Shown piece by piece: positions 62,101-64,000 of a stretch of 64,000 nucleotides of DNA. This DNA comes from Mobula birostris. Lineage: Eukaryota. The stretch covers positions 127,705,492-127,769,491 of the forward strand of contig NC_092372.1 in NCBI RefSeq assembly GCF_030028105.1. Direction: 5' to 3'. Under the pieces are notes generated by a model that was given only the letters and a program-made list of their open reading frames with translations, was not told where the DNA came from and searched no databases. The first letter of the stretch is position 1. The number at the start of each line of letters is the position of its first letter. Both the position numbers and the translations under genes were made by a program.

Positions 62101-63828
62101 TCTGGAGAGGAATCTGTGGGGAAAGTGGGATCCTGAAGCCTTGACTGAAGATTCGTCTGGAAGTCAGCTTTCACTTCAGCTGAGTGGAGGTTGCCAAAGT
62201 GAAACTTCTTCCTTGGAGCGCCTCCTCTCTCTGGCTTGGGTTTGAAATGGAGACTGAGTTTGCAGCGGACAAGACGATGGTCCGCATGACACTGTGCGCT
62301 GGGCGTCACTTGGGTGAGTAAGACGTCCCGAAGGTCTCTCTGGCACACCAAGATGTAGTCTATGAGGTACCAATGCTTAGACCGAGGATGCATCCAGGTT
62401 GACCTCAGACTGCCTTTCTGCTGGAAGATGGTGTTAGTGCTGGTGAGTTGCTGCTCTGCGCAAAACTCTAACAGAAGGTGCCCGTTGTCGTTGCAGTTTC
62501 CAACACCATGTTTGCCAAGAACTCCTTTCCAGGCTTCTGAATCTTGGCCTACTCTGGCATTGAAGTCGCCAAGGATGAAGACCTTGTCGTCTGCAGGGGC
62601 GTTCCGTACGAGGTTGTGCAGATCAGCGTAAAACTTGTCCTTCTCTGCAGGATCCGCTTGAAGAGTGTGGCATGCTGCTTGGTTCGAAGTGGGAGGCGCA
62701 TGGAGATGATGTGGTCGGAGTGACCCGCTGGCAATTTTCAAGTTTGGAGGCAATGGAGTTCCTGACCATAAAGCCAACGCCAGAAAGGCGTCTCTCAGTC
62801 TCTGGCTTGCCCGACCAGTAGAGGGTGTAGCCGGCGCCATGTTCTTGAAGGTTGCCTTCCTCTGGGAAGCGGACTTCTCTGAGAGCAGCAATGTCGACAT
62901 TCAGTCTTGAAAGTTCCTGCACAACTAGAGCAGATCATCGTTCTGGGTGACCACTGTCTATTGTATCGAGCGTGGTTCTGACATTCCAGCATGCAAGTTT
63001 TCGTCCTTGCACTCCTTGGGAGGCAGGTGTATACCTTTTCTTTTTTTGTTGTCGTTCAACCACATTGAGGATGCCTGTTGACAGCGGCCAGCCAACTGGG
63101 AAAAATGGAAGTGAGCTTTGGTTAGGCCAACTTTTCTGGGCCCGTCTCCATGTGGAGCAGCAGTGCTGTCCCTAGAGAAGGCTGCTTGGTCGTTCAGGGT
63201 GCTGCCGAATGATATCATCATCTCCGGGGTCAACATCAGACGACCCGTACACCTGAACCGCCTGCACACAGGATCGGAACTGCGGCTTCCAGTGTCATCT
63301 TCCACCTGCTGATTTCGCCCCTTTCCCATCACTGCAGGGCTTGATGAATGGTCGGGGAGGGTGGTCATAGATGTGGGCATGTCCTTTGGCCTGCGCAGTG
63401 GTATTTTAAGTGGAATGCAGTGTGCGCGTTACTGGCCCCACCCTTTACACCCAGGGTACATCTGCCATAGCCTAGCAAGCTGGGACGGTGTCAGCGAGGT
63501 CTTCGGGTCATAGGATTTACGTCGGAGTGTCCTTCTCCTAGGTGGATGGCCTGACAGGGCTAACGAGCCCAGCCTACCCATCCAGTCACACCTCCGGACA
63601 CTTGGTCACGCCATGACGTAGCAAGCTCGGTGGAAACGGCAGGCATCGACGGGAAGGTGTTGCTACGGACGCAGTAATGTAGGAGAGGCCATTTGCAGTG
63701 GCCTCCTGCCGAGCAGGCCAGACAGTGACCACGCAGCGATTACTAAACCGGAAAAGGAAAGGCGATGTATTGTACGTACACTTACCCTGGGTGAGCGGGA
63801 CGTCAGGCCCGGACCCCACCCACCCCCC
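59198..63828 (-). mobile_element. Near full-length RTE-clade LINE with ~800-bp 5' UTR and (ATC)n tail
   Basis: APE domain KLACWNVRT...ILGDFNARVG...TWMHPRSKHWYLIDY...DHRLV; RT VDLTKAFDTV, GVKQGCVLAP, LLFANDAAL, FSYLG; CpG-rich 5' end; no clear TSD. Confidence 0.95.
61129..61833 (+). mobile_element. Young CR1 3' fragment nested in the RTE (ORF2 C-terminus open at 61256-61765)
   Basis: [39 protein letters not shown]; (TTCTATG)n tail; gttct duplicated at 61124-61128 and 61834-61838. Confidence 0.95.
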
Positions 63829-64000
63829 AATTCTGAATGTAGTAACACAGGAATTTGCTTGTAGCAGCACAACTTCTGACTGAGCAGGAATGAGCTCTGC
63901 AGATGTCACCTGTTGTACACATAGTGAGCAGTCACAATTAATTGGATCTGTCTATTCAGAACTGTTCTCCAAAATGCATGCCTCATCTGAGCGGTTAAAT

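Overview
Eukaryotic, repeat-saturated DNA with no recognisable host gene. The repeat mix (V-SINE/HE1-like and Deu-domain SINEs, CR1, Rex1/Babar, RTE, Tx1, Neptune-type Penelope elements, Gypsy, hAT/Tc1 MITEs) suggests a cartilaginous fish, probably a ray; this is an inference. Most ORFs in the track are transposon remnants or noise. Main elements: a complete but dead sushi-type chromoviral Gypsy with a self-priming PBS (13058-18388), two older Gypsy relics, a hAT element with nested Tx1 and solo LTR, a 5'-truncated Neptune PLE (37657-39976) and a near full-length RTE (about 59198-63828, minus). The most interesting signal is at the RNA level. (1) A fully mappable HDV-like self-cleaving ribozyme, with an 86-nt J1/2 domain and an extra hairpin in L3, sits at the 5' end of a young ~575-bp non-coding RTE-type element (47036-47221, minus); a decayed analogue lies at ~36.5 kb. 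(2) About a dozen minimal type-I hammerhead motifs occur, several as stand-alone 100-240 bp TSD-flanked insertions, including a palindromic dimer. A recurrent composite element bracketed by two mini-MITEs is also present. All folds were done by eye and no database searches were run.
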